This document shows, piece by piece, positions 36,572-45,900 of a DNA stretch of 64,000 nucleotides. The notes beneath the pieces were generated by a model that was not told the origin of the DNA, did not search any database, and saw only the letters and a program-made list of their open reading frames with translations. Both the position numbers and the translations under genes were made by a program. Positions within the stretch are counted from its first letter, which is position 1; the number at the start of each line of letters is the position of its first letter. Location: NCBI GenBank assembly GCA_020635655.1, contig JACJZI010000007.1:78323-142322 (forward strand), written 5' to 3'. The stretch is from Flavobacteriales bacterium. GTDB taxonomy: Bacteria; Bacteroidota; Bacteroidia; Flavobacteriales_F; PHOS-HE28.

Positions 36572-38212
36572 TCAATGGAGGATCAACGCAGCACGACGGG
36601 CGAGCAATTGTCCCGAGGCGGACCGCCAGGCAAGGATATATGCGCCGGAGCGGAGGTTCTCCACGGAAAGGTCGAGGTGGTCGACCTCCGGTCCCATTTC
36701 ACCGGAAAGAACGATGCGACCAGCCGGATCATACAGTGTCAGGCTTGTACGCCCGACCACGCCATCCTTGCTTACCCGCAGAAGGTCATCGGCAGGTACC
36801 GGATAGACCAGGAGGCGGGCATGATCGACCAGGTCCGCGATGTTCGTCACGATGAATTGCACGCTATCCGAGGTCAGCACGCATCCGTTCCCGAAGTTGG
36901 CGACCACGTAGTATGCTCCACTGGTATCCGGCACATAGCTGGACTGGGTGGCACCGGCGATGAAGCCTTCCGGGCCGTACCATTGATAGCTGTTCGCGTT
37001 CGAGCTGACCAGCGAATCACCGAGGTTCGTGACGATCGGTGGGTCCATGGGGCATTTGTCGACCAGCTTCCGCACCTGTCCGTTCGCCTGATTGGCCAGG
37101 TATAACGTACCATCCGCTCCTTCGGCGATGCAGACATACCCCGCATTGAAGTCGCCCGCCATCGCATCGTTCCATCCGCCCTGCCCATCCGGCCACAGGT
37201 CCCAGACCTCACCCGCACAATAGTCCGTGTAGAAATAGCGCCCGTACAAATGCGGATAGAGCGTGCCGCGGTAGACCCTTCCTCCCACGGATGAGCACCA
37301 TGTTCCTCCGATCGCGACGTTGTCATGCGTGGTCAATGGGAACACGTAGGCGTTCATTCCCTGACAGCCCGCAGTATTGAAGGAGGCATCGCCTTCGTAG
37401 CAATGCCAGCCGAAGTTCGGCCCGCTGTTGTCACCGGCCGGCCAGAGATCCACCTCCTCATGGGCGCTCTGGCCCACATCACCGATCCAAAGGTCGCCGG
37501 TCAGCTGGTCGAACCCGAAGCGCCAGGGATTGCGCAGGCCGTTCGCCCAGATCTCCGGCAGGGTGTCCGGTCCGGCGTTGACGTAGGGATTGTCCAAGGG
37601 AATGGAGTAGGTACTGTCGGGCTCCGGCTTGATCCGGATCAAGGTGCCCAGCGGATCGGACAGGGTCTGTGCATGGTTCTGGGGATCCCCGGCACTTCCC
37701 CCGTCCCCGAAACCGCAATAGAGATAGCCGTCCGGTCCGAAGTTGAGGTCACCGCCATTGTGATTGTAATAAGGCTGCGGCCATGTGAACAGGACGGTCT
37801 CACTGGCCGGGTCGGCCTGACTGCTGTCCGCGCTGACCTGGAACCGCGCGATACGACTTTCGCCTGTGCCTGATCCTCCCGTATAGTAGACGTAGAAGTA
37901 GCCGTTCTGCGCATACTCCGGATCGAACACCAATCCCAGCAAGCCCTGCTCATCCTGGGGGTTGTTCACCTCGGAGGAGATGTCAAGGAACGGTGTGGAC
38001 TGCATGGTCATGCTGTCCGTGATGATCCGGATGAGACCGTCCCGTTCCACGACGAACAAGCGACTGTCGCCACAATTGGCGATATCGACCGGTTCGCTCA
38101 GGCCGTTCGCCCATTGGACCAATTGCACTTGAACGTTGTTCTGCGCTTGTGCGCCGCTGGTCAGCAGGTACGCCGTGATGAGCAGCAGGCCGGGGTGGGT
38201 CGGAATCCGCAT
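36572..38212 (-). CDS. PQQ-dependent sugar dehydrogenase (soluble glucose/sorbosone dehydrogenase family) with T9SS C-terminal sorting domain
   Basis: Contains GLSEPVDIA...[14 protein letters not shown]...[12 protein letters not shown]...[29 protein letters not shown]-terminal tail reads [15 protein letters not shown]...[10 protein letters not shown]. The first ATG is at 38212; the track start 38218 is a TTG. Confidence 0.88.
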   Translation of the reverse strand: MRIPTHPGLLLITAYLLTSGAQAQNNVQVQLVQWANGLSEPVDIANCGDSRLFVVERDGLIRIITDSMTMQSTPFLDISSEVNNPQDEQGLLGLVFDPEYAQNGYFYVYYTGGSGTGESRIARFQVSADSSQADPASETVLFTWPQPYYNHNGGDLNFGPDGYLYCGFGDGGSAGDPQNHAQTLSDPLGTLIRIKPEPDSTYSIPLDNPYVNAGPDTLPEIWANGLRNPWRFGFDQLTGDLWIGDVGQSAHEEVDLWPAGDNSGPNFGWHCYEGDASFNTAGCQGMNAYVFPLTTHDNVAIGGTWCSSVGGRVYRGTLYPHLYGRYFYTDYCAGEVWDLWPDGQGGWNDAMAGDFNAGYVCIAEGADGTLYLANQANGQVRKLVDKCPMDPPIVTNLGDSLVSSNANSYQWYGPEGFIAGATQSSYVPDTSGAYYVVANFGNGCVLTSDSVQFIVTNIADLVDHARLLVYPVPADDLLRVSKDGVVGRTSLTLYDPAGRIVLSGEMGPEVDHLDLSVENLRSGAYILAWRSASGQLLARRAALILH

Positions 38213-38215
38213 GGC

Positions 38216-38223
38216 CAAATGTA
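38216..38223 (-). promoter_or_regulatory. Bacteroidota -7 promoter box (TACATTTG) for the PQQ dehydrogenase gene
   Basis: Exact TAnnTTTG match on the minus strand, ending 3 nt before ATG 38212. This implies a leaderless mRNA. Confidence 0.45.
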
Positions 38224-38261
38224 CCCGGATCGCACGTCCGTGTCCAGGTCATCGGTCCGCC

Positions 38262-38269
38262 TACTTTTG
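38262..38269 (+). promoter_or_regulatory. Bacteroidota -7 promoter box (TACTTTTG) for prfC
   Basis: Exact TAnnTTTG match, 7 nt upstream of ATG 38277. This supports that start and a leaderless mRNA. Confidence 0.5.
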
Positions 38270-38276
38270 CGCGCCC

Positions 38277-39875
38277 ATGGGATCGCACGAGGAGATCGAA
38301 CGGCGCCGCACCTTCGCGGTGATCAGCCACCCCGACGCAGGCAAGACCACGCTCACGGAAAAGCTGCTGCTCTATGGCGGGGCCATCCAGACGGCCGGGG
38401 CGGTGAAGAGCAACAAGATCCGCAAGGGCGCCACGAGCGACTTCATGGACATCGAGCGACAGAGGGGTATCTCCGTATCCACCTCCGTCATGACGTTCTC
38501 CTACGGCGGCCGCCTGATCAACCTGCTCGATACACCCGGCCACAAGGACTTCGCCGAGGACACGTTCCGCACGCTCACGGCCGTGGACAGTGTGGTGCTG
38601 GTGATCGATTGCGTGAAGGGTGTGGAGGAACAGACCGAGCGTTTGATGCAGGTGTGCCGGATGCGCGACACCCCGGTCATCATCTTCATCAACAAGCTGG
38701 ACCTGGAGGGGCGTGACCCCTATACCCTCTTGGACCAGTTGGAGGAGAAGCTGTCGATCCGGGTGCGCCCCATGACCTGGCCCATCGGGATCGGCGCCAC
38801 GTTCCAGGGCGTCTATGATCTGTATCGGGGAAAGCTGCGCCTCTTTGAACCGGAGAAAACGAAGGTGGAGGCGACCTCCCTGGACATCGCTGACCTGGCC
38901 GACCCGGAGCTCGACCGTCGTTTGGGCGTGGAGGCGGCCGCGATGTTGCGCGAGGAGGTGGAACTGGTGAACGGGGTGTACGACCCCTTCGAACGGAGCA
39001 CCTATCTGGACGGGAAGGTGGCGCCGGTCTTCTTCGGCAGTGCCGTGAACAACTTCGGCGTGAAGGAAACGCTCGACACGTTCATCGACATCGCCCCCCC
39101 CCCGCTGCCCCGAGCGACCGACCAGGGACCGGTATCGCCCGAGGACCCGGCCTTCAGCGGCTTCGTCTTCAAGATCCATGCGAACCTCGACCCCAATCAC
39201 CGCGATCGGCTCGCCTTCCTTCGCATTTGTTCCGGTCGGTTCCAGCGCAACACGTTCTACCACCACGTTCGGCTCGACCGGCCCGTGCGGTTCTCCAACC
39301 CCACGGCCTTCCTGGCCGCATCGAAGCATCTGGTGGAGGAGGCCTGGCCCGGCGATGTGATCGGTCTGTTCGATACGGGCATCTTCAAGATCGGTGACAC
39401 CCTGACCGAAGGCGCCAAGTTCCACTTCAGGGGGATCCCTTCCTTCTCTCCCGAACTCTTCCGGGAACTCGTCAACCTGGACCCCATGCGGAGCAAACAG
39501 TTGGACAAGGGGATCCGACAGCTCACGGATGAGGGCGTGGCACAGCTTTTCACACAGGTGCAAGGCAGCAAGAAGATCGTTGGCACGGTGGGCGAACTGC
39601 AGTTCGAGGTCATCCGCTACCGTCTCGAGAAGGAATACGGAGCGAGTTGCGCTTTCCATGCCGTGCAGGCGTACAAGGCATGCTGGTTGACCAGTGATGA
39701 TGCGGCCGCGCTCGATGAGTTCTGCCGGATCAAGGCGGGGCAGATCGTCCTGGACAAGGACGACAACCGCGTTTTCATGGCCCCGTCCGCCTACATCCTT
39801 GATCTTGAACAACGCAACAATCCGGCGATCGTGTTCCACATGACGAGCGAGTTCAAGACCGCCATGGCCGGATAA
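38277..39875 (+). CDS. prfC: peptide chain release factor 3
   Basis: Start at ATG 38277. The N-terminus [33 protein letters not shown] is the RF3 GTPase N-terminus. Length is 532 aa. Confidence 0.95.
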   Translation: MGSHEEIERRRTFAVISHPDAGKTTLTEKLLLYGGAIQTAGAVKSNKIRKGATSDFMDIERQRGISVSTSVMTFSYGGRLINLLDTPGHKDFAEDTFRTLTAVDSVVLVIDCVKGVEEQTERLMQVCRMRDTPVIIFINKLDLEGRDPYTLLDQLEEKLSIRVRPMTWPIGIGATFQGVYDLYRGKLRLFEPEKTKVEATSLDIADLADPELDRRLGVEAAAMLREEVELVNGVYDPFERSTYLDGKVAPVFFGSAVNNFGVKETLDTFIDIAPPPLPRATDQGPVSPEDPAFSGFVFKIHANLDPNHRDRLAFLRICSGRFQRNTFYHHVRLDRPVRFSNPTAFLAASKHLVEEAWPGDVIGLFDTGIFKIGDTLTEGAKFHFRGIPSFSPELFRELVNLDPMRSKQLDKGIRQLTDEGVAQLFTQVQGSKKIVGTVGELQFEVIRYRLEKEYGASCAFHAVQAYKACWLTSDDAAALDEFCRIKAGQIVLDKDDNRVFMAPSAYILDLEQRNNPAIVFHMTSEFKTAMAG

Positions 39876-39880
39876 GGAAA

Positions 39881-39900
39881 GGGCCGCTCTCGAGCGGCCC
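39881..39900. terminator. bidirectional hairpin between convergent prfC and a small periplasmic protein gene
   Basis: GGGCCGCT-ctcg-AGCGGCCC forms an 8-bp GC-rich stem. It starts 6 nt after the prfC stop. Confidence 0.55.
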
Positions 39901-39923
39901 CTGACAGTTCGGTCGCGGATCGA

Positions 39924-40283
39924 TCACTTGGCCGCCTCCTTCCAGACATTGTATTGTTCCGGACGAAGGATCTCCGAAAGGCGCGCGTCGATGCGTGCGT
40001 CCATGTTCGCGTACTGTGCGGGCATGTCACCCTCGCGTGCTTCTTCCGGCAGCCCCTCGAACCGCTGTTCCAAAGCATTGTAGTAGCGCTCCACCTCCAT
40101 GTACATCTCCTCCACCTGCTCTCGCTGCTCGGGGCTAAGTGACACAGTGCGGTCCACCAGTTGCGTATGCTCGTTGGCCTTCGCCGTCATTTCGGGCGAA
40201 TCGGTCACGGTGATGTCCCTGCCTTGTGCCATGGTCGATGCGGTCAAGGCAACGAATGCGATGGTGATGAGCGGCTTGGTCAT
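39924..40283 (-). CDS. small secreted helical protein, unknown function
   Basis: Start at ATG 40283 (MTKPLITIAFVALTASTMAQG signal peptide). Charged helical remainder. GC3-rich. Confidence 0.6.
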   Translation of the reverse strand: MTKPLITIAFVALTASTMAQGRDITVTDSPEMTAKANEHTQLVDRTVSLSPEQREQVEEMYMEVERYYNALEQRFEGLPEEAREGDMPAQYANMDARIDARLSEILRPEQYNVWKEAAK

Positions 40284-40434
40284 GGTATGGGTCGATGCGG
40301 TTGTCCGTTCAAAGATAGGACGATCGGAAGACGCGTGGCACGGCACAGAGTTGCCTGAGCTTCAGGAACTGCTGATGGCCCGTTGTTTGTTAAAAGGATC
40401 GTTAACGTTCTTCAATGAACATGACAAGCACGCC

Positions 40435-40442
40435 TACTTTTG
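40435..40442 (+). promoter_or_regulatory. Bacteroidota -7 promoter box (TACTTTTG) for the thioredoxin-like gene
   Basis: Exact TAnnTTTG match, 5 nt upstream of ATG 40448 and 11 nt upstream of ATG 40454. Confidence 0.5.
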
Positions 40443-40447
40443 GCCGC

Positions 40448-41944
40448 ATGAGCATGAAACGCACGCTGTTCGTCACCCTTGCCGCTCTGCTGGGCACAGC
40501 GACCCCCGCACAGGAGCAACGCCGTATCGCGGTCCGGATCCAAGGTGCGGAGAGCGATACCGTATTTCTCGCCAATTACTACGGCAATAAACTGTTCTAT
40601 GCGGACACGGCCGTGGCGAATGCGAAGGGTGAGGCGGAATTTTCTCGCAAGGAGGGCTACAAGGCGGGCGTCTACGCCATCGTCGTGCCCGGACCCAAGT
40701 ATTTCGAGTTCATCCTGAACGAACCCGAAGTGCGCTTGCATACCACCATCAAGGACCTGATGGGCGACATGGTGGTCGACCGCAGCGAGGAGAACAGGAA
40801 ATTCTTCGCCTACATCAAGTTCCTGAACCGGAAAAAGGCGGAGGGCGACAGTCTTCGCACGCTTCTCGGTTCCACGGAGGATGCGGCCCGAAAAGCCACC
40901 CTGACCGGTGAATTGGAGGGGTTGGACAAGGTGGTGAAGGACTATCAGAACGACCTGATCAAGGGGTCACCGGACCTGTTCGTGAGCGAGATCGTGCGCA
41001 TGAGCCTGCCGCCGGAAGAAACGCAGGTCATGAACCCCGATGGAACGGTGGACAGCCTGGCCTCCTACTACCAGTACAGGGCCCATTTCTGGGACAATGT
41101 GGACCTGCACGATGCCAGGATCCTGGGTACGCCCGTGTTCCAGAACAAGTTCGACGAATATATCGGCAAGGTGGTGCCTCAGGTCCCCGATACGATCAAC
41201 AAGCTGGCCGATGAGATCATAGGCAGGCTGGCGTGGGACAAGGAGCTGTTCAAGTTCGCCGTGAACGACATCAGCTACAAGTACGAGACCAGTGACATCA
41301 TGGGCATGGACGCGGTCTTCGTGCACATGGCCCAGACCTACTACTGCCCTGCACCCGGCGAGAAGAGCAAGGCTTTCTGGATGACCCAGGAGAAGCTGGA
41401 CAAGTTGTGCGAGCGCGCGGACAAGCTCGCCCCCCTGGTGATCGGCGCACCCGCAACGGACCTGATCCTGCCCGACACGACCGAGGCGAACTGGATCAGC
41501 ATGAACAAGCTGCCCAACGACTACTTCGTGCTGGTCTTCTGGGACCCCCATTGCGGGCATTGCAAGAAGGAGATCCCCGCGCTATACAAGAGCTACACGG
41601 AAAAGATGCGCGACATGGGCATCGGCGTGTTCGCCGTGGCGAAGGCCACCGACAGCCTGCTGTTCCATGATTGGAAGAAGTTCATTGTGGAGAACCAGCT
41701 GGATTGGGTGAACGTGGGTCTCACCTGGCATGTGTTCACCGAAGCGAAGAAACAGGCGTCCAAGTACATCCCGCGATACACCACACTGGCCAGCCTCAAT
41801 TACTCGGAGACCTACGATGTGTATGCCACGCCAAAGATCTTCCTGATCGGTCCCGAGCGGACCATCGTTGGCAAGCAGCTCACTCCGGAACAGATCGAGG
41901 ACCTGGTGAAGCGTCTGCGGGATCGGGACAAGCCGAAACAATGA
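40448..41944 (+). CDS. periplasmic thioredoxin-fold protein (TlpA/ResA-like thiol:disulfide oxidoreductase with N-terminal extra domains)
   Basis: Signal peptide MSMKRTLFVTLAALLGTATPAQ. The CxxC active site occurs in YFVLVFWDPHCGHCKKEIP. The start could be ATG 40454. Confidence 0.85.
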   Translation: MSMKRTLFVTLAALLGTATPAQEQRRIAVRIQGAESDTVFLANYYGNKLFYADTAVANAKGEAEFSRKEGYKAGVYAIVVPGPKYFEFILNEPEVRLHTTIKDLMGDMVVDRSEENRKFFAYIKFLNRKKAEGDSLRTLLGSTEDAARKATLTGELEGLDKVVKDYQNDLIKGSPDLFVSEIVRMSLPPEETQVMNPDGTVDSLASYYQYRAHFWDNVDLHDARILGTPVFQNKFDEYIGKVVPQVPDTINKLADEIIGRLAWDKELFKFAVNDISYKYETSDIMGMDAVFVHMAQTYYCPAPGEKSKAFWMTQEKLDKLCERADKLAPLVIGAPATDLILPDTTEANWISMNKLPNDYFVLVFWDPHCGHCKKEIPALYKSYTEKMRDMGIGVFAVAKATDSLLFHDWKKFIVENQLDWVNVGLTWHVFTEAKKQASKYIPRYTTLASLNYSETYDVYATPKIFLIGPERTIVGKQLTPEQIEDLVKRLRDRDKPKQ

Positions 41945-41953
41945 GGCTGCCCC

Positions 41954-44900
41954 TCAACGACCCTCTGTCTCGGTGTTCCAGATCATCTCGGTGATGCTCT
42001 GTCCGTTCCGGAAATAGTAGGTCCCCCATTTGGCGATGACCTTGCTGTACTCGTCCGCCTTGTTGCCGTCCACGACCACGCGGCGGATGATCACCTTGTT
42101 GCCCTCCGTATAGCTTTCCTCGGTGACCCCCTGCGGGTATTCCTGAGCCAGCTTGCTGCGGTTGTAATCCGCGTAGTCCTTGGGTTGGTTCAAGGGTGTT
42201 CCCTGGATCCGTTCCCGTTCCGCCATGCGTTGGTCGGCACTGCGTTCGGCCAGCTGCGCGGAGCGCTTGTACGCCAGGTCCTTGTCCATGGCCAGCTTTT
42301 CCTGGTTGTCGTGTGCGATCGCATCGCCGCGTTCCTGGATGGCCTTTTGTCGTTCAGCCTGGGCCGACACCTCCTCCCGGGCGTTCGCGTTCCGCTGTCG
42401 TCCGGCATGCGCCAGGTCCGCTTGTTCCTGCTGGATGGCCTTCGCCCGAGCCTGCGCGTCCTCCACGGCTTTCTCATGCAGTTCGTTGCGCGAGGCGATC
42501 ACATCCACGGTGGCCTGTTGCCGGTCCCGATCGGCCTCATAGGTGGACCGACGCTCCTCCTGCTCCTGGGCCTGCCTGTCGGATTCCGTTCTGGCCAGGG
42601 CATCCTTGAACGCCTGGACCGCCTCCGCGTTCGCGAGCCGTTGTTCCTCGCTGCCCTGATAGAGCGCCTGTTGGTCGAACTCGTGGCGTTCCTTGATCTT
42701 GATGCCGCTGTCCCTTCGCTCGGCCGCCTCCTCCGCATTGCTCCGTTCCTCCTCGCTCACGTCGTGCTTCAGCTTCTTGATCCGCTCGTACTTCTCCGCC
42801 TCCTCGCGCATCCGCGCCTCGCGCATGAACTGCTCGGCCTCCTGCTCCTTGCGGAAGTCGATCGTGTTCCCTTGTTCGTGCGATCGGACCGGAGTTTCCT
42901 TGTTCGCTTTTTGCGCGGCTGCTTCCGCGGCCTGGCGACGTCGTTCGGCCTCGGCCTCCAGGAGCTTGTCGATCTGTTCGATGCGGGAGGCAGGATAGGT
43001 CTCGTCGGGCTTGATGTCCAGCGCCTGCGTGTACAATGAACGGGCCCCGTCGTAGTCCTTGTCCGTGAACGCGAGGTCGGCCTGGGCGATCGCTTCGTTG
43101 TACCTGGCCTCCACTGCTTTCGCCGCTTCCAGACGGTCCCGCTCGGCCTGGGCCGCTAGTCGGGCCGCTTCCGCATCGGCCTCGGCCTTCCTTCTGCGCT
43201 CCTCCTCCGCCCTGCGTTGCTCCTCGGCAAGACGCTCCGCATCGGAACGACGCTTCGCGGCATCCGCCAGGGTATCCTCGATCTCCGCCAGCTTGTCCTT
43301 CGGATACTGTTCATCCGGTTTCACGGTCAATGACCTGGTGTACTTGTCCCGGGCTTCGTCGTAATCCTTCTGACCGAGCGCCAGGTCCGCGGCGGCGATC
43401 AATTCCCTGTACTCCTTCTCGATCGCCTCCTGTTCCTCAAGGCGCTTCCTTTCGAGGGCGTCCTGACGTGCCTTTTCATCCGCAGCTTGCTGGGCAGCCA
43501 GGCTGTCCTCCCTGGCCTTCCGCGCCTGTTCCTCCAGGATCGATGCGATCTCAGCGAGCTTGTCCCTGGGATATTGCTCCTCAGGCTTCACGGAGGATGC
43601 ATCCGTGTAATTGGTCTTCGCTTCGTCATATTTCTTGGCGCCCATCGCCTGGTCCGCCTTGGCGAGAAGCTGGGCGTATTGCGCATCCCGCTCCCTCCTT
43701 TCCCGCTCCTGCCGCTCCTTCTCGGCCTGCTCCCTGGCCTGGGCGTCGAGCTTGGACCCGATCTCGGCGATGCGCTCCTGCGGATGACGCTCCCCGGGTT
43801 TCAATTGGAGCGCATCCTGATAATCGTTCAGGGCCGAGGTCCATTGTTCAAGGTCATAGGCCTTGTCCGCACTGGCAATAAGCTCGGCATAGCGTGCTTC
43901 AAGCTCGCGTTGCTTGCGCTCCTCTTCCGCTTTTCGGGCCTGTTCCGCGAGCGTTGCATCGATCTCGGCGATCCGGTCCTTGGGGTACCGCTTATCGGGC
44001 TTCACATCGCTGGCACTGACGAATTTGGCCCGCGCCGCCTCGAATTCCTCCTTGCGGAAGAGCTTGTCACCATCATCGATGAGCGCCTGGTATTGTTCGT
44101 CCAGTTCCTTTTGATGGCGTTCCTCCTCGGCCTTCCTGGCCAGTTCTTCCAGCTTCTTGTCGATCGCGGCCAGCTGGTCCTTGGGGTATTTCTCGCCGGG
44201 CTTCAGGCCCAAGGCATCATTGTATTTGCCCTTGGCCTCATCGTACTTCTCCCCATGGAAAGCGGCATCGGCCGCGGCGATCACCGCGTCGTATTGGTCC
44301 TGCAATTCCTTCGCCTTCCGCTCTTCCTCCGCCTTCCTGGCCAGTTCTTCCAGCTTTTTGTCAATGGCCGTCAATTGGTCCTTCGGATACTTTTCATCCG
44401 GCTTCAGCCCCAAAGCATCGGTGTACCTGGTCTTGGCCTCATCGTACTTCTCCCCGTGGAAGGCGGCGTCGGCAGCGGCGATCGCCGCGTCGTACTGGTC
44501 CTGCAGCTCCTTCTTCTTCCGCTCCTCCTCGGCCTTCTTCGCCAGCTCCTCCAGTTTCTTGTCGATGGCCGCCAGTTGGTCCTTGGGGTACTTCTCGTCC
44601 GGTTTCAGTCCGGAAGCCTCCGTGTACTTGGTCCGGGCCTGGTCGTAGTTCTCCGCCTTGAAGGAGGCGTCCGCGGCGGCGATGGCGGCCTGGTAGTTGG
44701 CATCCAGTTCACGCTGCTTTCGTTCCTCTTCGGCCTTTTTCGCCAACTCCTCCAACTTCTTGTCGATGGCCGCCAGTTGGTCCTTCGGGTACTTCTCATC
44801 GGGCATCAGTCCCGCAGCCTCGGTGTACTTCGTCTTGGCCTGGTCGTAGTTCTCCGACTTGAACGCCCCGTCCGCCGCGGCGATCGCCGCATCGTACTTG

Positions 44901-45796
44901 TCCTTGAGCTCCTTGGCCTTGCGTTCCTCCTCCGCCTTCTTGGCCAGGTCGGCCAGGATCCCTTCGATCTCCTTCACCTTCTGCTTGGGGTAGACCTCCT
45001 TGTCCTTGATCCCCGAGGCCTCCAGGTACTTGGATTTGGCGTTCTCATACTCCTTTTTGTTGTACAACCCATCAGCGTCCTTGATCAGGGTGGCATACTG
45101 CTCATCCTTCTTCTTCTCGCCCTCCTGGTCGTCCAGGCGCATCTGGGCATCGCTCAGTTTGGCGGTGGCCACCGGCTCCTTGGGTTTGATCGTGAGGGCT
45201 TCGGTGAACGACGCCACGGCCTTCTTGTAGTCGGATTGGGCCATTGCCGCGTCGCCCTGTTGCATCGCCTTGGCAAAGTCCTCCTCGAGGTTCGCCTCCC
45301 GTTTCTGCTTGTCCTCGTACTCCTTCATCAACCGGGCGATCTCGTTGCGGATCTGCTCGGTGTACTCCAGGTCCCAGGTCACCTCATTGGTCGCCGGATC
45401 GAACTTGGCCTTGCCGATCGGCTTGTCCAGCACGGCGAAGTCGATGCCGGGCAGTTCGCTGAACAAGGTCATCTCGATGTTCATGCCGTGGCCGCCCACC
45501 CGTTCCTCCTCAGGGATGTTCCGGGTATCGATCTGGATGTTCTTTCCCACCAATCCCGGCTTTGCGTACATGATCTTGTAGTCGGCACCATAGTCGAGAT
45601 TGAACTCGTACTTGCCGCTGGCATTGGTCACCACATCGGTCAGCTTCGCGCCGTTCTTGTAGACCGTGACCGTGATCCCGTCCAGCTTCTTGCCGGAGGA
45701 ATAGTCCTTCACTGTCCCATAGACGTATACGTTGTCCACCTGGGCCGTGGCTCCCAGCGTGAGCAGGACGAAAAGGAAGAACAGCAGCTTGCGCAT
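41954..45796 (-). CDS. 1280-aa secreted repeat protein, paralog family member: N-module, about 11 TPR-like/coiled-coil units, charged region, C-terminal KWG..YFRNG module
   Basis: Signal peptide MRKLLFFLFVLLTLGATAQ. N-module reads GTVKDYSSGKKLDGITVTVYKNG...GKYEFNLDYGADYKIMYAKPG. The repeat consensus is Y..AIAAAD..F....YD.A...Y..A..LKPDEKYPKDQLAAIDKKLEELAKKAEEERK. C-terminus reads EYSKVIAKWGTYYFRNGQSITE. Confidence 0.9.
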   Translation of the reverse strand: MRKLLFFLFVLLTLGATAQVDNVYVYGTVKDYSSGKKLDGITVTVYKNGAKLTDVVTNASGKYEFNLDYGADYKIMYAKPGLVGKNIQIDTRNIPEEERVGGHGMNIEMTLFSELPGIDFAVLDKPIGKAKFDPATNEVTWDLEYTEQIRNEIARLMKEYEDKQKREANLEEDFAKAMQQGDAAMAQSDYKKAVASFTEALTIKPKEPVATAKLSDAQMRLDDQEGEKKKDEQYATLIKDADGLYNKKEYENAKSKYLEASGIKDKEVYPKQKVKEIEGILADLAKKAEEERKAKELKDKYDAAIAAADGAFKSENYDQAKTKYTEAAGLMPDEKYPKDQLAAIDKKLEELAKKAEEERKQRELDANYQAAIAAADASFKAENYDQARTKYTEASGLKPDEKYPKDQLAAIDKKLEELAKKAEEERKKKELQDQYDAAIAAADAAFHGEKYDEAKTRYTDALGLKPDEKYPKDQLTAIDKKLEELARKAEEERKAKELQDQYDAVIAAADAAFHGEKYDEAKGKYNDALGLKPGEKYPKDQLAAIDKKLEELARKAEEERHQKELDEQYQALIDDGDKLFRKEEFEAARAKFVSASDVKPDKRYPKDRIAEIDATLAEQARKAEEERKQRELEARYAELIASADKAYDLEQWTSALNDYQDALQLKPGERHPQERIAEIGSKLDAQAREQAEKERQERERRERDAQYAQLLAKADQAMGAKKYDEAKTNYTDASSVKPEEQYPRDKLAEIASILEEQARKAREDSLAAQQAADEKARQDALERKRLEEQEAIEKEYRELIAAADLALGQKDYDEARDKYTRSLTVKPDEQYPKDKLAEIEDTLADAAKRRSDAERLAEEQRRAEEERRRKAEADAEAARLAAQAERDRLEAAKAVEARYNEAIAQADLAFTDKDYDGARSLYTQALDIKPDETYPASRIEQIDKLLEAEAERRRQAAEAAAQKANKETPVRSHEQGNTIDFRKEQEAEQFMREARMREEAEKYERIKKLKHDVSEEERSNAEEAAERRDSGIKIKERHEFDQQALYQGSEEQRLANAEAVQAFKDALARTESDRQAQEQEERRSTYEADRDRQQATVDVIASRNELHEKAVEDAQARAKAIQQEQADLAHAGRQRNANAREEVSAQAERQKAIQERGDAIAHDNQEKLAMDKDLAYKRSAQLAERSADQRMAERERIQGTPLNQPKDYADYNRSKLAQEYPQGVTEESYTEGNKVIIRRVVVDGNKADEYSKVIAKWGTYYFRNGQSITEMIWNTETEGR
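42947..45271 (-). repeat. in-frame tandem repeat array, 67-aa / 201-bp period in the core (44093-44896), more divergent units on both sides
   Basis: Repeat units start at about aa 176, 233, 301, 368, 435, 502, 569, 636, 707, 796 and 899. Units 301-568 are near-identical in protein sequence and spaced exactly 67 aa apart. Confidence 0.85.
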
Positions 45797-45900
45797 TTGC
45801 CTTATACTCCTCTGTTCCAGCAGTTATCGTTCTCGAACTTCGACACCCTGAAAACCCCGCAAATTACGACATCTTTGAGCGGCGACCAGAAGTTGCCCCC

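Noticed and set aside
42947-45271. Regular 201-bp periodicity that could be mistaken for a CRISPR-like or satellite array.
   Set aside because: The periodicity lies entirely inside one long open reading frame with a conserved 67-aa protein repeat. There are no unique spacers and no cas genes.
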